Assembly (NCBI RefSeq): GCF_001194135.2
Contig: NC_068981.1
Span: forward strand, 135,712,744 to 135,751,645
Reading direction: 5' to 3'
DNA: 38,902 nucleotides
From: Octopus bimaculoides
Lineage: Eukaryota
Shown here: positions 10,401 to 22,646 of the stretch, in pieces
Position numbering within the stretch: the first letter of the stretch is position 1
How the letters are laid out: each line of letters opens with the position of its first letter
Notes under the pieces: generated by a model
Told to the model about the DNA's origin: nothing
What the model saw: the letters and a program-made list of their open reading frames with translations, nothing else
The model's database searches: none
Position numbers and translations under genes: made by a program

Positions 10401-11549
10401 TAAACATTCACAGTTACTCTAGCTCATTTAATTATATCATCTATAATGAATAATTTCCAGAACCACACTAATTTGAAAAAGAAATCAACAGGTTCAACAA
10501 TCTTTGGTTCACTTCAACTGACCTGACAATTCCCTTCTTGCTTTGCACAAAAACTGTCTCATTTAACACGGACATGCACTAACGTATAAAACTTAATTTA
10601 CACATATACGTATATACATAAACCCGCATAGTCACCTGCACGCGTAGTCATCAGCCATTTTTCTCCGTCTATCTTCCCTCTCTTTCTCTGTTTCCTCTTT
10701 ATCTTCTAATTCCAGCTTTTAATAGGATATCCTCATTAAACTAGAGTTAATGTGAGAATAAACGGTGCCGATAATGAGGCTGGCTCGTTTCCCCTTGCTA
10801 TTTGCTCGCGTTTTAAATATTTTTTGTTGTTGTTATATTGTCTCTTCATTTAAATTTAATGCAATGCTAGGAAGGAAAAATATTTTCCTGTTAACCATTA
10901 AACGCCTCTGAGATTTTAAAAATTCCATCCGTGGGAACAGTCGTATAAAACAATATTAGAGAACGATATCGTCTTCTTTTGTAGTGTGATAATACAATGA
11001 TCAATATCGTGTAATAGTACGGCTCTTCCACTCGACTTCCTGAAAAGCAAACGACCGTAATTTATACTCGAATTAGACAGAGATTTCTAGGAAATATTTT
11101 TATGAAGAAATTAGCATTTTTGAAGCATGAAATCTGGCGCGAATTTATTTGAAATCACGAAGAAAATATTATACAGCTAAGACTACTTTTGCAGTTAAAT
11201 CCTCATATAATCTTTCATAATATTTCTAAGCCTCCTCTTTTATACAGTTTTAAATGACTGAAGTGAGCAAATTGTCATGAGTTCACATAAATTAAACGTT
11301 TAATTTTAAATGGAAATAACAACCTTTAATTTAGTTGAAAGACTGAAGCAACTTAACTAATAGTTTCTTCAATAGAATTATTTTCTTCCAGTAAAAGATA
11401 AAAAGAATAAAGGATATAAAATTGAATTTCCATTTTTACAATTCTCCACCAATCTGTTTACTCAGCAAGAATATATGACAATAATAACGCAATAAACCAG
11501 AGTAAAGCCGTTAATTTTGTACAAAGAAACCATATTTAAAATCACTGAA

Positions 11550-12420
11550 GCGACGATGCCGTTGAGGAAATCAATGATGAAGATGTCTAAAATATATGTA
11601 TAAGAAGTTACATACGAAATTGTATTGAGTCTCACTGAAAATCGGATGACGATGAGATCCAAGACAGAAATGGAGCTGTGTCGAAAATGTATTGATACGA
11701 GGTGATTTGTTTTTTCGCAGCTGTTTAATCAATTAATTTTAATGCTTTTACAGAACTTCTAATTAAGGAGATTTAAGAAGTATTATTCCATCTCATCAAA
11801 TAAAAACGATAATGTATAAGAAATAGAGCAAATATATCGCCCGAAAATCTCAGCCAACATCACAGATAGGGATCAATGTTATGAAGCGATAGTCTCTTGT
11901 CTTTAAGAAAGATACAAATTTAATCCTACCATTTCAGTTTAAATCTTATTTCAGTTGCATATGACGTTTTCAATAAATTCTCTCCTTACCTCTCTAGATA
12001 TTGTGGGGGATTCGATTACCAATATTACATCTGATTATAATATAATGAGTGCTACCAGAACAAAAAAATATTGATTCTTTCCTAGGAAATGCCAGCGACA
12101 ATCTAACGATATATGTCTTTCTCCATATGACACAATTTAAAGTGGCTTAAGTTGAGGAATTAATATAGCATTTTATATCATACACTCGCATTTTATCTTC
12201 TTTTAAGCAGACTAAACAATATCAATATCAATAATTGTAAGAATTTAAACTTCAGCCGAGTTAAATGATCAATATCTACGCAAGTTAAATGGAAGCCAAT
12301 CAATATGAATGGTAGACTAATGGCTCATATGAGGTAAATGTTTGAATGAGATTTAGGAAGATAAGGGCGTTCAGTCGAATATACGCTGAAATCGATTAGC
12401 GGCATATCAGCTTCTACAGA
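11550..12420 (+). mobile_element. Possible very old LINE RT relic
   Basis: Fragmentary peptides (EEINDEDV, KSDDDEIQ, KGVQ) occur in LINE-like order. Heavily decayed. Confidence 0.2.
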
Positions 12421-12626
12421 ATTTTCCTTTTAACTTCAATTTAGTTATCTGATTCAATGAAAACTTGATTACTAGACAACAGTGTATATGCATAAATAGT
12501 TATCAGTAGACAGCTTATGTATTTATATATATTGCTATTTACATGCCTGTATGCATTTATGCAAATAGAGTTATATTCCTAATATCGTTGTATATTCTTG
12601 TATATAAGTCTTTTTACATAAAAATG

Positions 12627-12812
12627 TGTAGTGAAGGCACGTGGCTTAGTGGTTAGAGTAATCGGCTCACGATCGTAAAGTCGTGAGTTTGTTACCTGGC
12701 GGTGCGTTGTGTTCATGAGCAAGGTACTTCATTTCACGTTGCTCCAGTTCTTTCAGCTACCAAAAATGAGTAGCACCTGTAATTCATAGGGTCAGCCTTG
12801 TCACAGTCTGTG
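12627..12812 (+). mobile_element. tRNA-derived CORE-type SINE family C, 5' part
   Basis: A box gtggcttagtggttag; CORE-like gcgttgtgttcatgagcaaggtacttcatttcac; ends in cctgtaattcatagggtcagccttgtcaca, shared with 32008-32030 and 34355-34380. Confidence 0.75.
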
Positions 12813-13690
12813 GAGGATGTTATTCTGTTTAATGAACCTTTAAAGTGCCACAGATGTATACTGGATTAAAATCTCATTGTAAGCATTCGAAAGAAATATA
12901 TCCTATGAGCGCGTTTTCATCGGGAAGTAATTTATTGAGTTTAACTTCTAGTTATGTAGAGTTATCTTTCCTAATTCTAACAAATATCCTGTTATCAAAA
13001 CGTGTCATATTGTATATTGTCCATTTATGTAATGTATTCGTGTTTGTTCATAACAGATTGGTCTTAATTACTTTTCCATATATCAATTTTATCGTTTTCC
13101 AGATCCTATAGAGCTAGTTTAAGATTCCTAAGTGCGTTTTTTTGTGTATTTATATACATTTCTGTTTATTGCTTTTACACCTGAATAAGTTTCGCAATTT
13201 TAACGTCAATTGATAACATATACTTATTTCTAATACTCACGAGAGACTGATGCAATAATTTGAGTTCAACCTGCATGTGTGTGTGTATTTAGCGATACTA
13301 GTATAATCCTGTAAGTCAGAAAGTTACTGCTTTTTTGGACAAAAGATACTTGAGTAAAAAGCACTAACAATTAACAAAATGACATTTGGTGGGTTGCTTT
13401 AGCAGGGCAGAGGTTTGTGATGTACTTGGATTATTCATCCTAGATAAACTGACCTCAAATTTTAATCCTTTAGAATTAGGCCTATACAAGGATGAAAGTT
13501 AAGCTATTTCTAACAAGCTCAATGTATATAATCTAGATAAAATAAAGATAGATCAAATAAGTACCTTCAAAGAACTCTACTTAAAATCACTGTAATTACA
13601 AACACAACAACAGTTAGTTTCCTGTAGACACAAACCATGCAGAAAACAGGACGAGAAGTCCATTTGCTTCAAGAAAAAAATTCATGCAAT

Positions 13691-13910
13691 AATATTGATT
13701 TCAAATTTTGGCACAAGGCCAGCAATTTTGTGGGAGGGGAAAAGTCAATTACATCAATCCCAGTCTTCAACTAGTATTTATTTTATCAAGCCCGAAAGGA
13801 TAAAAAGCAAAGTTGACCTCGGCGGCATTTGAACTCAGAACGTAAAGTTAGAAAAAATCCCGGTAAACATTTTCTCTGGCGCGGTAACGATTCTCCCAAC
13901 TCGCCGCCTT
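13691..13910 (-). mobile_element. SINE family A, full length, tail type 1
   Basis: Reverse complement of aaggcggcgag...ctggccttgtgccaaaatttgaaatcaatatt. Confidence 0.9.
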
Positions 13911-14075
13911 AATCCAGCCAACAATATTACTAAGAAACTTATCAGCAATATTGTTAGAAGAATCTCAAGCATTTTCTCGGACAGAGATGCATTCGACAGA
14001 GATGCAAACTACTTTAACAAAGTAATTGAGAATAGTAGATGTAGGGGAAGAAATAAATTTGTTCTCAGATCTTAA
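13911..14075 (+). mobile_element. Penelope-like RT C-terminal fragment
   Basis: NPANNITKKLISNIVRRISSIFSDRDAFDRDANYFNKVIENS resembles the PLE HP.NI.K.L...I.RRIS..SS....F..A..YN.AL..SG motif. Confidence 0.6.
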
Positions 14076-14109
14076 CTACCACTAGCTATGGAAACTAAAA
14101 CCATATATG

Positions 14110-14400
14110 GGCTTTCAAGTGTCATATATGGCTTGATGATGTCATGCAATTTCTTATCTGTATGCCTGAAGATGAGCTTATGTTTTAACATCTAGTTCTT
14201 TAAGCTACTCTCGCTCATTCCGATGTATGACCTAGAGAGTTGCATTCACTACTGTAACTTGGTATATCAGAGTTTCAACTCGGATTAAATTTCTCAAGTT
14301 TCCCTGGTTCTAAAGCTCATTAGGTGATTTAGGGCATCTACTATCTACGATGTTCCCTATATTGCTCATGCAGCTGAAGTTAACTTTTAAATTTTGCCAG
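14110..14400 (-). mobile_element. Penelope-like GIY-YIG endonuclease fragment
   Basis: VETLIYQVTVVNATL* then, after a frameshift, SYIGMSESSLKN*MLKHKLIFRH...TSSSHI*HLK: IYQ/YIG signature with the downstream H..FRH and T.LS.HIW.LK motifs. Confidence 0.7.
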
Positions 14401-14569
14401 CTAAATAGCTTAGAATACTTGTGTTCTGTGGGAAAGTGTTTAGAAATTTCTTAGTAATTCCAGAATTCACCATTAATGCTATATGTTCGACTGAACTAGA
14501 TTCCATTACAATTACTTATTTATTTATCTGTGACTACTACAATAGAAAAATATTTCATTGTTACCAAAA

Positions 14570-14810
14570 TAACAAATACTTTAAACAAAAATTTAGAACT
14601 AATTTCTAAGTGTGGTAACAAAAACAAATCTTAACTTTTTATTAAAGTTATCGAGCGAGACAAAGTGCGTAGACTACCGTTTCCGATGCTAAACGAACTG
14701 AAAATCAACAAAATGTCAAACTATTCTGATAAACACCAACCGAGTGGGATACCCGTTCAATCAGCACAACCCGTTTTAGGATTTTTCAAGATCAGAGCAA
14801 TAAAACTCTG
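14570..14810 (+). mobile_element. Possible CR1/L2/Jockey-type RT relic
   Basis: TNTLNKNLELISKCGNKNKS and SAQPVLGFFKIR resemble the post-YADD LN.DL..I..W...N and A.K.LGFL.R motifs. Confidence 0.3.
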
Positions 14811-14925
14811 AGTAAGAAGGGAAGAAGCAACTATCATTTGGAGCTACGGCACTGTAGTATACTAAATATTTGCTCTATCAAATGCATTGCGTTCTCTTTT
14901 ACTTTGTTCGTAAAATTATCGACCA

Positions 14926-14926
<1 letters not shown>

Positions 14927-14993
<67 letters not shown>
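14927..14993. repeat. (CTA)n microsatellite
   Basis: Direct reading. Confidence 0.95.
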
Positions 14994-14994
<1 letters not shown>

Positions 14995-15274
14995 ATATAT
15001 GTGTATATATGCGTGTGTTTATATGCATACGTACACACGTATATAACATCAAATTAACACATACTTGTTTATGTATTGTAGCATAATAATATATACACGC
15101 GTACGTGTGTATTTAGTGATGGATTCTTAACGCTTGTTAACTCTGGTTTAGAGTTTGTTTGTCTCCTTGGAATAAGTCTTGTTTGTAATTCAGTCACCTT
15201 GTTACCAAGCAACAAACTTACATTCATGCGACTGCACAGTTCTTATTGTTGTTTCCTCATATTGTTGGTGTGGC

Positions 15275-15632
15275 GGTGGTGGTGATGATGGTGAAACATT
15301 TGTTGTTGTTATTTATGATGAGGATAACGATGATGGTAGTACTGTTGGCAGTGGTGGTGGTGGTGGTGGTGGTTGTAGTAGTTTTACTGCTGATTGTAAT
15401 GGCGTTGATAGTAACAGCATCGTCGGAGATGGATGGTATTGGTGCTGTTGTTGGAGGTAGTAGTAGTGGTGGTGGTGGTTGTGGTGGTAATGGAAACGTT
15501 CTGTTGGCAATAACCGTAGAAGTATCAGCGTCATCACCACCACCACCATCATCGTTATCATCATCATCATCATCATCATCATTATCCTCCTCCTTTTCCT
15601 CCTCCTCTTCCTCATCGTCATCATCGTCGTCG

Positions 15633-15686
<54 letters not shown>

Positions 15687-15795
15687 CAATCATAATTATC
15701 TCCACTACCGCTGCCATCATCATCAACATTAAAAGTTATAATAGTAGTAGCAGTAATAAAAAGTGGTGGCAGCAGCAGCAGCAGCTGCTGCAACA
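15275..15795. repeat. Compound trinucleotide low-complexity tract (GGT/GAT/ATC/TCC/GCA)
   Basis: Direct reading; it produces several overlapping homopolymeric ORFs. Confidence 0.9.
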
Positions 15796-16414
15796 GTAAA
15801 TTTGTAAAGCATTTAGCCTTCTTTAAATTCAGTCTGTGGGGTTCTTTTTCGGGAACTGGGCCCAACCGACCAGATTTATAAGACCCCCACACCTCGCTGT
15901 GATGTACCTTCTGTGGTAGACTCATTCATAGAAATCAGCCGCCCGTCCTGCCAACTTTAATGACAAGTTCTTTCTCCACACACCAACCAATATCGATCTA
16001 TTGGATTTCATCCGGTACACTCACAAGTAAGAAATGTGTGCGATTACATTCGTCACAAGGTCTCTCTTTATTTCATAGATTTTGCCATGAAGGCATTACA
16101 TAGAGGGGACAAACAAAGACAAACAGACATAAAGAAGCTCAAACAGACATAAAGAAGAGAGACACAAGGTCTCTGTTTGCTATATTTTCTTTGTACTCTC
16201 CACACATCAACTGCTTTATTTAGCCGCCTCTGTGTTCCACAACAGATAATGGTGTATCAGCTCAAGACAAAGAGAGAGCGCGCAATCAGAGTGAACTTTG
16301 GAAAACATTACCGCCCCTGAACAGAGAGAGAGAGGGAGATGGAGGTCGTAGGATTACGTTGCTTGTAGGTTGGTGGCGCTAGCGACCGATTTGATTGTCG
16401 TAGATGTTGATTAA

Positions 16415-16731
16415 CCCATTACCTCCCATAATTCTATTAATTGGAATTTTTTTTATGAAACTTTGATTTCTAGCATAAAACAGCCTTAGAAACACGCTGG
16501 AATGATCAAAATAACATTTCAAAATAACATTTCAAAATGACATTTCAAAATAACATTTCAAAATAACATTTTAAATAGAAATAAGCGAGATATTGGGTGA
16601 AAAATTAGCAAACTTCATTTGAATATCAGAGAAATATACCTAGTAGGTTAGATATGTGTAAATATTGACAGATAATTACGAAATTTGTAATTTTTAAGTG
16701 ATCTCATATGAAATCCATGGTAGGTAATGGG
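16415..16731. mobile_element. piggyBac-type MITE, 317 bp, with an internal 13-bp tandem array
   Basis: TTAA at 16411-16414 and 16732-16735. 15-bp TIRs cccattacctcccat / atggtaggtaatggg (1 mismatch). Five copies of caaaataacattt at 16507-16571. Confidence 0.9.
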
Positions 16732-16737
16732 TTAATA

Positions 16738-16950
16738 TAATTCTACTATAGGCACAAAGCCTGAAATTTGGGGTTAAGGGAAAGCCGATTACATCAATCC
16801 TAGTGCTCAACTAGAACTTACTTTGTCGACCCGGAACGGATGAAAGGCGAAGTCGACCTCGGCGGAGTTTTAACTCAAAACGTAAGGCAGAAGAAATACC
16901 GCTAAGTATTTTGACCGGCGTGCCAATGATTCCACCCGCTCATCACTTTT
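16738..16950 (-). mobile_element. SINE family A, tail type 2
   Basis: Reverse complement of the consensus; a candidate 10-bp TSD ttaatataat lies at 16732-16741 and 16960-16969. Confidence 0.85.
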
Positions 16951-17419
16951 AGATGCTAATTAATATAATAGGAGTCAAATTCTCACTGTTAGATCTTTAG
17001 AGGTCGGGAGCTTGAGTTATAGGTTTTCCCTCAACTTCCATTGGGATTCTTCTCTGTCCTGATGAACTGTAAACTGCGTATATCTATCTTAATGCGCTTT
17101 GGATCCTGAATTCGGCAGATAATGTAAGATTGGTTCCCTCATAGATAACCGTAGTTGTCACTTCCTTTTATTGCCAAAACACTCAGAAGTCAGTTGTATA
17201 ATTAAGAGCGCGGTGTGAAAGTGCATTTCCCTCCAGCAATCTTGATCGCAGTGAAAAGTGTGCACCAGATAGAATAGTCTCATTCCTTTGGAAACAAAAG
17301 AACTGTTTGATTTGTGACGTAACATTAATAGGCAGTCTTGCTTGATCTCACAAGATCTAACATGCAAAGTATCCGGGTAAGAAAAGAAATCTGCAAAATA
17401 TTATACTTATACCTAACCC

Positions 17420-17830
17420 TAACCCAAGTATTTTAGTCGAACGAATCAACCCCAGTAACGGATTATGTCAGCCATGCAGGAACTCAGAACGAAAAGAGCC
17501 GGAACAAAACCTCAAGGCACCTTGTTCAACGCCCTAACATGGCCACTAACCCTCCGCCAAGACTGGTACTTTGTTATCGCCTTCAGAAAGTATGAAAAGA
17601 AAGTCGAATTCGGAGTGTTTTGAACTCCGAGCGGAAAAACAAATACTGCAAACCGTTTTGTTCTACTCTCTACCGATCCTGCCTTGGGTAAAGATTATCA
17701 ATAATGGAAAGATAGAAGATCAACGTCCTCTTCTTCAGGTTTTGAACTCAGATCGTGTGGGAAAGAAACTAGGTACAATGCTATACGTGCTATACGGTTT
17801 TTGCCCTAAATTTCTGACAATGACACACTA
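17420..17830 (-). mobile_element. Cluster of degenerate SINE A-like fragments
   Basis: Repeated gaactc(a/c)ga B-box complements and aaaagaaagtcga central-domain remnants. Confidence 0.5.
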
Positions 17831-17867
17831 TTACAGATTTGTAGGAAATTTGTAAAACTTTTACCTT

Positions 17868-18066
17868 TTACTTGTTTCTGTCATTGGACTGCAGCCATAC
17901 TGGGGCACCGCTTTGGGAGATTTAATAAACAAAACTGACACCAGTACTTATTATTTTTAAGTCTGGTACTTATTCTGTTGATCTGTTTTCTAAATTATAG
18001 GGATGTAGACAAACCAACACCGGTTGTCAAGTGATGGGAAAAAGAACAAACACAAAGGCACACACA

Positions 18067-18106
<40 letters not shown>

Positions 18107-18265
18107 AATATATATAGACCGGTTTCCACACAAATTCCGTCCAACAAATTCAATCACAATGCATTAGTTGGCGCGGGTCTGTAGTAGAAGATGCCCAATG
18201 TTCCGCATAGTGGAACTGAACCTGAAACCACGTGCTTGCAAAGTGGGTTTCTTAAATACCCAAGT
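17868..18265 (-). mobile_element. SINE family B, near full length, internal (CA)n
   Basis: Reverse complement of the 18980-19395 copy. Confidence 0.85.
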
Positions 18266-18979
18266 ATCGTTGAGCCTATGTAGTTCAGCTTTATCAGTGA
18301 CTGCCATCACCAACACAGCCCACTACCATCATGTTACTTAACGACTACTTATTTTATCAACTCCATTGAGGAATGAGAGTCAAAGTCATTCCCGGTGGGA
18401 ATTTGAACTTTGAAAGTAAAACAGGTTTAAACAACACAGAAAATCTTTAGTCTTTTCGGCACTTCAGTAATTTAGATATTTACCGACCTAACATTGATGA
18501 TGCTAATAATTGATTTATTGCGTTTTATATTTCGATAGCGAAGAATTTCGTGACAACTTTGAAAGAAACACTTAAACGAGTACGCTCTAAGCTATTTATT
18601 TCTCAGTTAGGAATTTGCGCTTTTTATCGATTCGCTACTCTACAAAAAGGAAATGAAGAATGTTCCATTTATCGAAACCATTCTCAAGAGAAGCAGAATA
18701 GGAAATTACGAGAAAATATTTGTTATATAGACAAAATTTGTTTTTAAAAAAAGAGAATAAAAAATCATACGATAGGAAAAAAAAAAAAAAAAAATTTTGA
18801 AGTAATGTTTTAAAAAATATTTTGTGATTTTGATGGATTTTAATGGTTTTGTTTATTGACTGCACAGTTTATTGTTCACGTTATTGTTGATGTTGTTGTT
18901 ATTGTTATTTTATTGTTTTCTACCATTTTCTCAATTTACCATTCATAAATCGCCGAAAGTTCAGAAATCTCCACAACAC

Positions 18980-19395
18980 AGGTGCAGGTGTGGCTATGTG
19001 GTAAGAAGCTTGTTTCCCAACCCATGGTTCCGGGTTCAGTCTCACTGCTTGGCACGTTGGGTAAGTGTCTTCTACTATAGCCTCGGGCTGACCAAAACCT
19101 TGTGAGTGGATTTGATTTAGAAAAAGGCCCGTTGAATATATACATATATATATATACATATATATATATATCTATGTGTGTGTGTGTGTGTGTTTGTCCA
19201 CACATCGCCTCTTGACAACGCGTGTTGGTGTGTCTACGTCCCCGTAACTTAGCAGTTCGGCAAAAGAGAATGTAGGATAAGTACTAGGCTTAAAGATAAG
19301 TCCTGAGGTCGATTTATTCAGCTAAAATCCTTCAAAGCGGTGCTCCAGCATGGCCACAGTCAAATGACTGAAACAGGGAAAAGAATAAAAGAAAG
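18980..19395 (+). mobile_element. Full-length tRNA-derived CORE-type SINE family B with internal (TA)n(TG)n
   Basis: A box gtggctatgtggtaag; B box gggttcagtc; CORE-like ggcacgttgggtaagtgtcttctactatagcctcggg; microsatellite 19135-19195; tail ccagcatggccacagtcaaatgactgaaacag followed by A-rich repeats. Confidence 0.9.
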
Positions 19396-19472
19396 TCATA
19401 ATCTGTTCTATATTTAAGTGATGAGGAATTATTTACATTTGACAAATATTTGTCCTCATCTTGTTTGTTGTT

Positions 19473-19518
19473 AACACAACGTTTCGGCTGAGATACCCTC
19501 GAGCCTTCATCAGGTGTC
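19473..19518 (-). ncRNA. Minimal type I hammerhead ribozyme
   Basis: Minus strand reads gACAC-CTGATGA-A-GGCT-cGAG-ggtat-CTC-AGCC-GAAACGTT-GTGTt. Core CUGAUGA/GAAA intact; stem I ACAC/GUGU; stem II GGCU/AGCC; palindromic AACGUU stem III. Confidence 0.75.
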
Positions 19519-19596
19519 TTGGGGAAATTTCGAACCTGGGTTCTCATTCCTAAGGTATTTTTCGATGCTACTATCATTATTATTATTCAGGTCATT

Positions 19597-19661
19597 GTCT
19601 GGAATCGAACTCGGATCTTGGGGTTAGTAGCCCGCGCTTTTAATCACAACGCCATATGCCC
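19597..19661 (-). promoter_or_regulatory. tRNA-like Pol III type 2 promoter cassette (A box and B box)
   Basis: gggcatatggcgttgtgattaaaagcgcgggctactaaccccaagatccgagttcgattcca: A-box-like tggcgttgtgatt, anticodon-arm-like gggctactaacccc, B box gagttcgattcc. Confidence 0.6.
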
Positions 19662-20442
19662 GTGGGCAATTATAGTGTGAATTTTAGGGCCTATAAATCT
19701 AATATTTTCCTATTCTTCCTTAATACCGGTTCCCATATGTTATTATATATCTGCACTCAGTCTGCTTAGGAGGTTGTTGTGTCCTAGCATATGTGCTGCT
19801 TTTAGTTTTCGTATTTTCCAGTGGTGTTCTCTATTTATTATTTCAACTTCATCCCACAGTGGGAGGTGGTCTCCATTTTCCCATACTTGATCAGCTATAC
19901 CCGATTTATCAATATCTCCTTGTGTCGATCTAATCGACTGGTCCCACCCCTACAAATTTCAGGTCTTGTGCCTATAGTAGAAAGGATTATTATTCGTATA
20001 GAAAATGTATCGTTAAAAAATTCTTTATCTTGAGGAAGAATATGATCAAGTATTTACACAGCTTATATCAGTGATGTCTACCTACTCATGATACTTATTT
20101 ACAACTGGTTTGAGATAAGCCAGCGAATGTAAAGTGTTTTCTGGCCATTGACACAGCGCAATACTAGTGACGGTGTACGCCCTACACTGTGAGAACTACA
20201 AAACTCCCACAAGGATGTTTGACATCACAATAACTTGGCGGAATATATGCTTTCAAATTCAGATAAAATATTTTAAACACAAACACCCATTACAGAAATG
20301 AATATCTCTCTATCACTTTCTCACATATCTATGTGCGTATATAAATATGCATACATGTATACGTATAAACATACATACACACATATAAAAATATACATAC
20401 ACACATACACATATACATACATGCATACATGCATGCATACAT

Positions 20443-20480
<38 letters not shown>

Positions 20481-20786
20481 GAGAATATACAAATAATAAC
20501 AACAGACGAGGACAGGTGGTGTAAATAACAAAAGTATATATTAGTATGACGCACATATATATATATATATTTATATATTTATACATTATATATATNNNNN
20601 NNNNNNNNNNNNNNNNNNNNNNNNNNNNNNNNNNNNNNNNNNNNNNNNNNNNNNNNNNNNNNNNNNNNNNNNNNNNNNNNNNNNNNNNNNNNNNNNNNNN
20701 NNNNNNNNNNNNNNNNNNNNNNNNNNNNNNNNNNNNNNNNNNNNNNNNNNNNNNNNNNNNNNNNNNNNNNNNNNNNNNNNNNNNNN

Positions 20787-20830
<44 letters not shown>

Positions 20831-22384
20831 GTGTGTGTATATATAATGGGAAAGCGAGAGGTGCAAATAAAAACAGACACAAAACTATGTATCACTATAT
20901 ATTTATAGGTGTACACCTCCCCCATACACAACAGTGAAAACAAAAGCAAAAATACAAAAACATTTTGGAACTTCGATTGATTTTAATGCACTTCCATGTC
21001 AAGTGCTCAGTTATTTGTTGATGAAAAAATTTATCGGAAGCTAAAACTTCGGAAATCGTTAGTCCGGGGTTTTCTTCGATTTTCGGTCGTTTATGGAAAA
21101 TAGAACAAAGAAATTTTGGATTAAGCATATAGTGCAGTGTGTTGAATATCATAACATGCCCTGATTGGATAAAATAGAACAAAAGGGATCTTAGTCATTG
21201 ACAAGGTAACACCTTCCCAAAAAGTAAGGTGAAATTAAATAAAACGATAGATATTGGCATATGAAAATTATGACAAACCATGAAAGACATGTTTATGTAT
21301 GTATATAACTATACGTGTATTGGTGTGTGTATGTAATTATGTATATGTATGTATGTGTATTTACATACATACTTACATATATATGTGCATATATNNNNNN
21401 NNNNNNNNNNNNNNNNNNNNNNNNNNNNNNNNNNNNNNNNNNNNNNNNNNNNNNNNNNNNNNNNNNNNNNNNNNNNNNNNNNNNNNNNNNNNNNNNNNNN
21501 NNNNNNNNNNNNNNNNNNNNNNNNNNNNNNNNNNNNNNNNNNNNNNNNNNNNNNNNNNNNNNNNNNNNNNNNNNNNNNNNNNNNNNNNNNNNNNNNNNNN
21601 NNNNNNNNNNNNNNNNNNNNNNNNNNNNNNNNNNNNNNNNNNNNNNNNNNNNNNNNNNNNNNNNNNNNNNNNNNNNNNNNNNNNNNNNNNNNNNNNNNNN
21701 NNNNNNNNNNNNNNNNNNNNNNNNNNNNNNNNNNNNNNNNNNNNNNNNNNNNNNNNNNNNNNNNNNNNNNNNNNNNNNNNNNNNNNNNNNNNNNNNNNNN
21801 NNNNNNNNNNNNNNNNNNNNNNNNNNNNNNNNNNNNNNNNNNNNNNNNNNNNNNNNNNNNNNNNNNNNNNNNNNNNNNNNNNNNNNNNNNNNNNNNNNNN
21901 NNNNNNNNNNNNNNNNNNNNNNNNNNNNNNNNNNNNNNNNNNNNNNNNNNNNNNNNNNNNNNNNNNNNNNNNNNNNNNNNNNNNNNNNNNNNNNNNNNNN
22001 NNNNNNNNNNNNNNNNNNNNNNNNNNNNNNNNNNNNNNNNNNNNNNNNNNNNNNNNNNNNNNNNNNNNNNNNNNNNNNNNNNNNNNNNNNNNNNNNNNNN
22101 NNNNNNNNNNNNNNNNNNNNNNNNNNNNNNNNNNNNNNNNNNNNNNNNNNNNNNNNNNNNNNNNNNNNNNNNNNNNNNNNNNNNNNNNNNNNNNNNNNNN
22201 NNNNNNNNNNNNNNNNNNNNNNNNNNNNNNNNNNNNNNNNNNNNNNNNNNNNNNNNNNNNNNNNNNNNNNNNNNNNNNNNNNNNNNNNNNNNNNNNNNNN
22301 NNNNNNNNNNNNNNNNNNNNNNNNNNNNNNNNNNNNNNNNNNNNNNNNNNNNNNNNNNNNNNNNNNNNNNNNNNNNNNNNNNNN

Positions 22385-22448
22385 GACTAAAGGCGGTGCT
22401 CCAGCATGGCCGCAGTCAAATGACTGAAACAAGTAAAAGAGTAAAGAG
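22385..22448 (+). mobile_element. SINE family B 3' tail emerging from a gap
   Basis: gactaaaggcggtgctccagcatggccgcagtcaaatgactgaaacaagtaaaagagt. Confidence 0.85.
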
Positions 22449-22646
22449 TATATGAAGATGAGGTAACGGTGAAGAAAATCAACTTCAAGTTGCTGACACG
22501 ATCTGGGCCTATGTACATGGAAGCAGAAGATGCAGGTTCTGTTTCCTGCAGACGAGACACGTTCTAAAATATATCAATCGATCCGGGCACTTTTCTGAAC
22601 TGAAAAAGTGAAATTTTGAACTTTTAGCTGTTTTTTCCTTCTAAAT

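Larger units (their letters stand above)
19415..19917 (-). mobile_element. Penelope-like element 3' end: GIY-YIG C-terminus plus 3' UTR/pseudo-LTR
   Basis: Open frame DIDKSGIADQVWENGDHLPLWDEVEIINREHHWKIRKLKAAHMLGHNNLLSRLSADI* resembles the PLE KS..A.H.W...H...W..V.I...E..W..R..KE C-terminus. The downstream UTR contains a hammerhead. Confidence 0.75.

Noticed and set aside
11462-11662. Hydrophobic ORF resembling transmembrane helices of a channel or receptor
   Set aside because: No recognisable family motif or convincing splice sites. AT-rich antisense frames are typically I/F/L-rich, and the opposite strand looks like a LINE relic.
12627-12700. SINE heads (and 19597-19661) as functional tRNA genes
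   Set aside because: A/B boxes are present but acceptor stems and cloverleaves are incomplete, and they run into SINE or PLE sequence.
15179-15925. Overlapping poly-D/S/V/M ORFs up to 222 aa
   Set aside because: Compound trinucleotide repeats lack stops in several frames; no domain or splice support.
16507-16571. Short tandem arrays (13-mer here, 15-mer at 27327) as CRISPR
   Set aside because: No unique spacers, no cas genes, eukaryotic context.
17412-17425. cctaaccctaaccc as an interstitial telomere repeat
   Set aside because: Only about two units; expected by chance.
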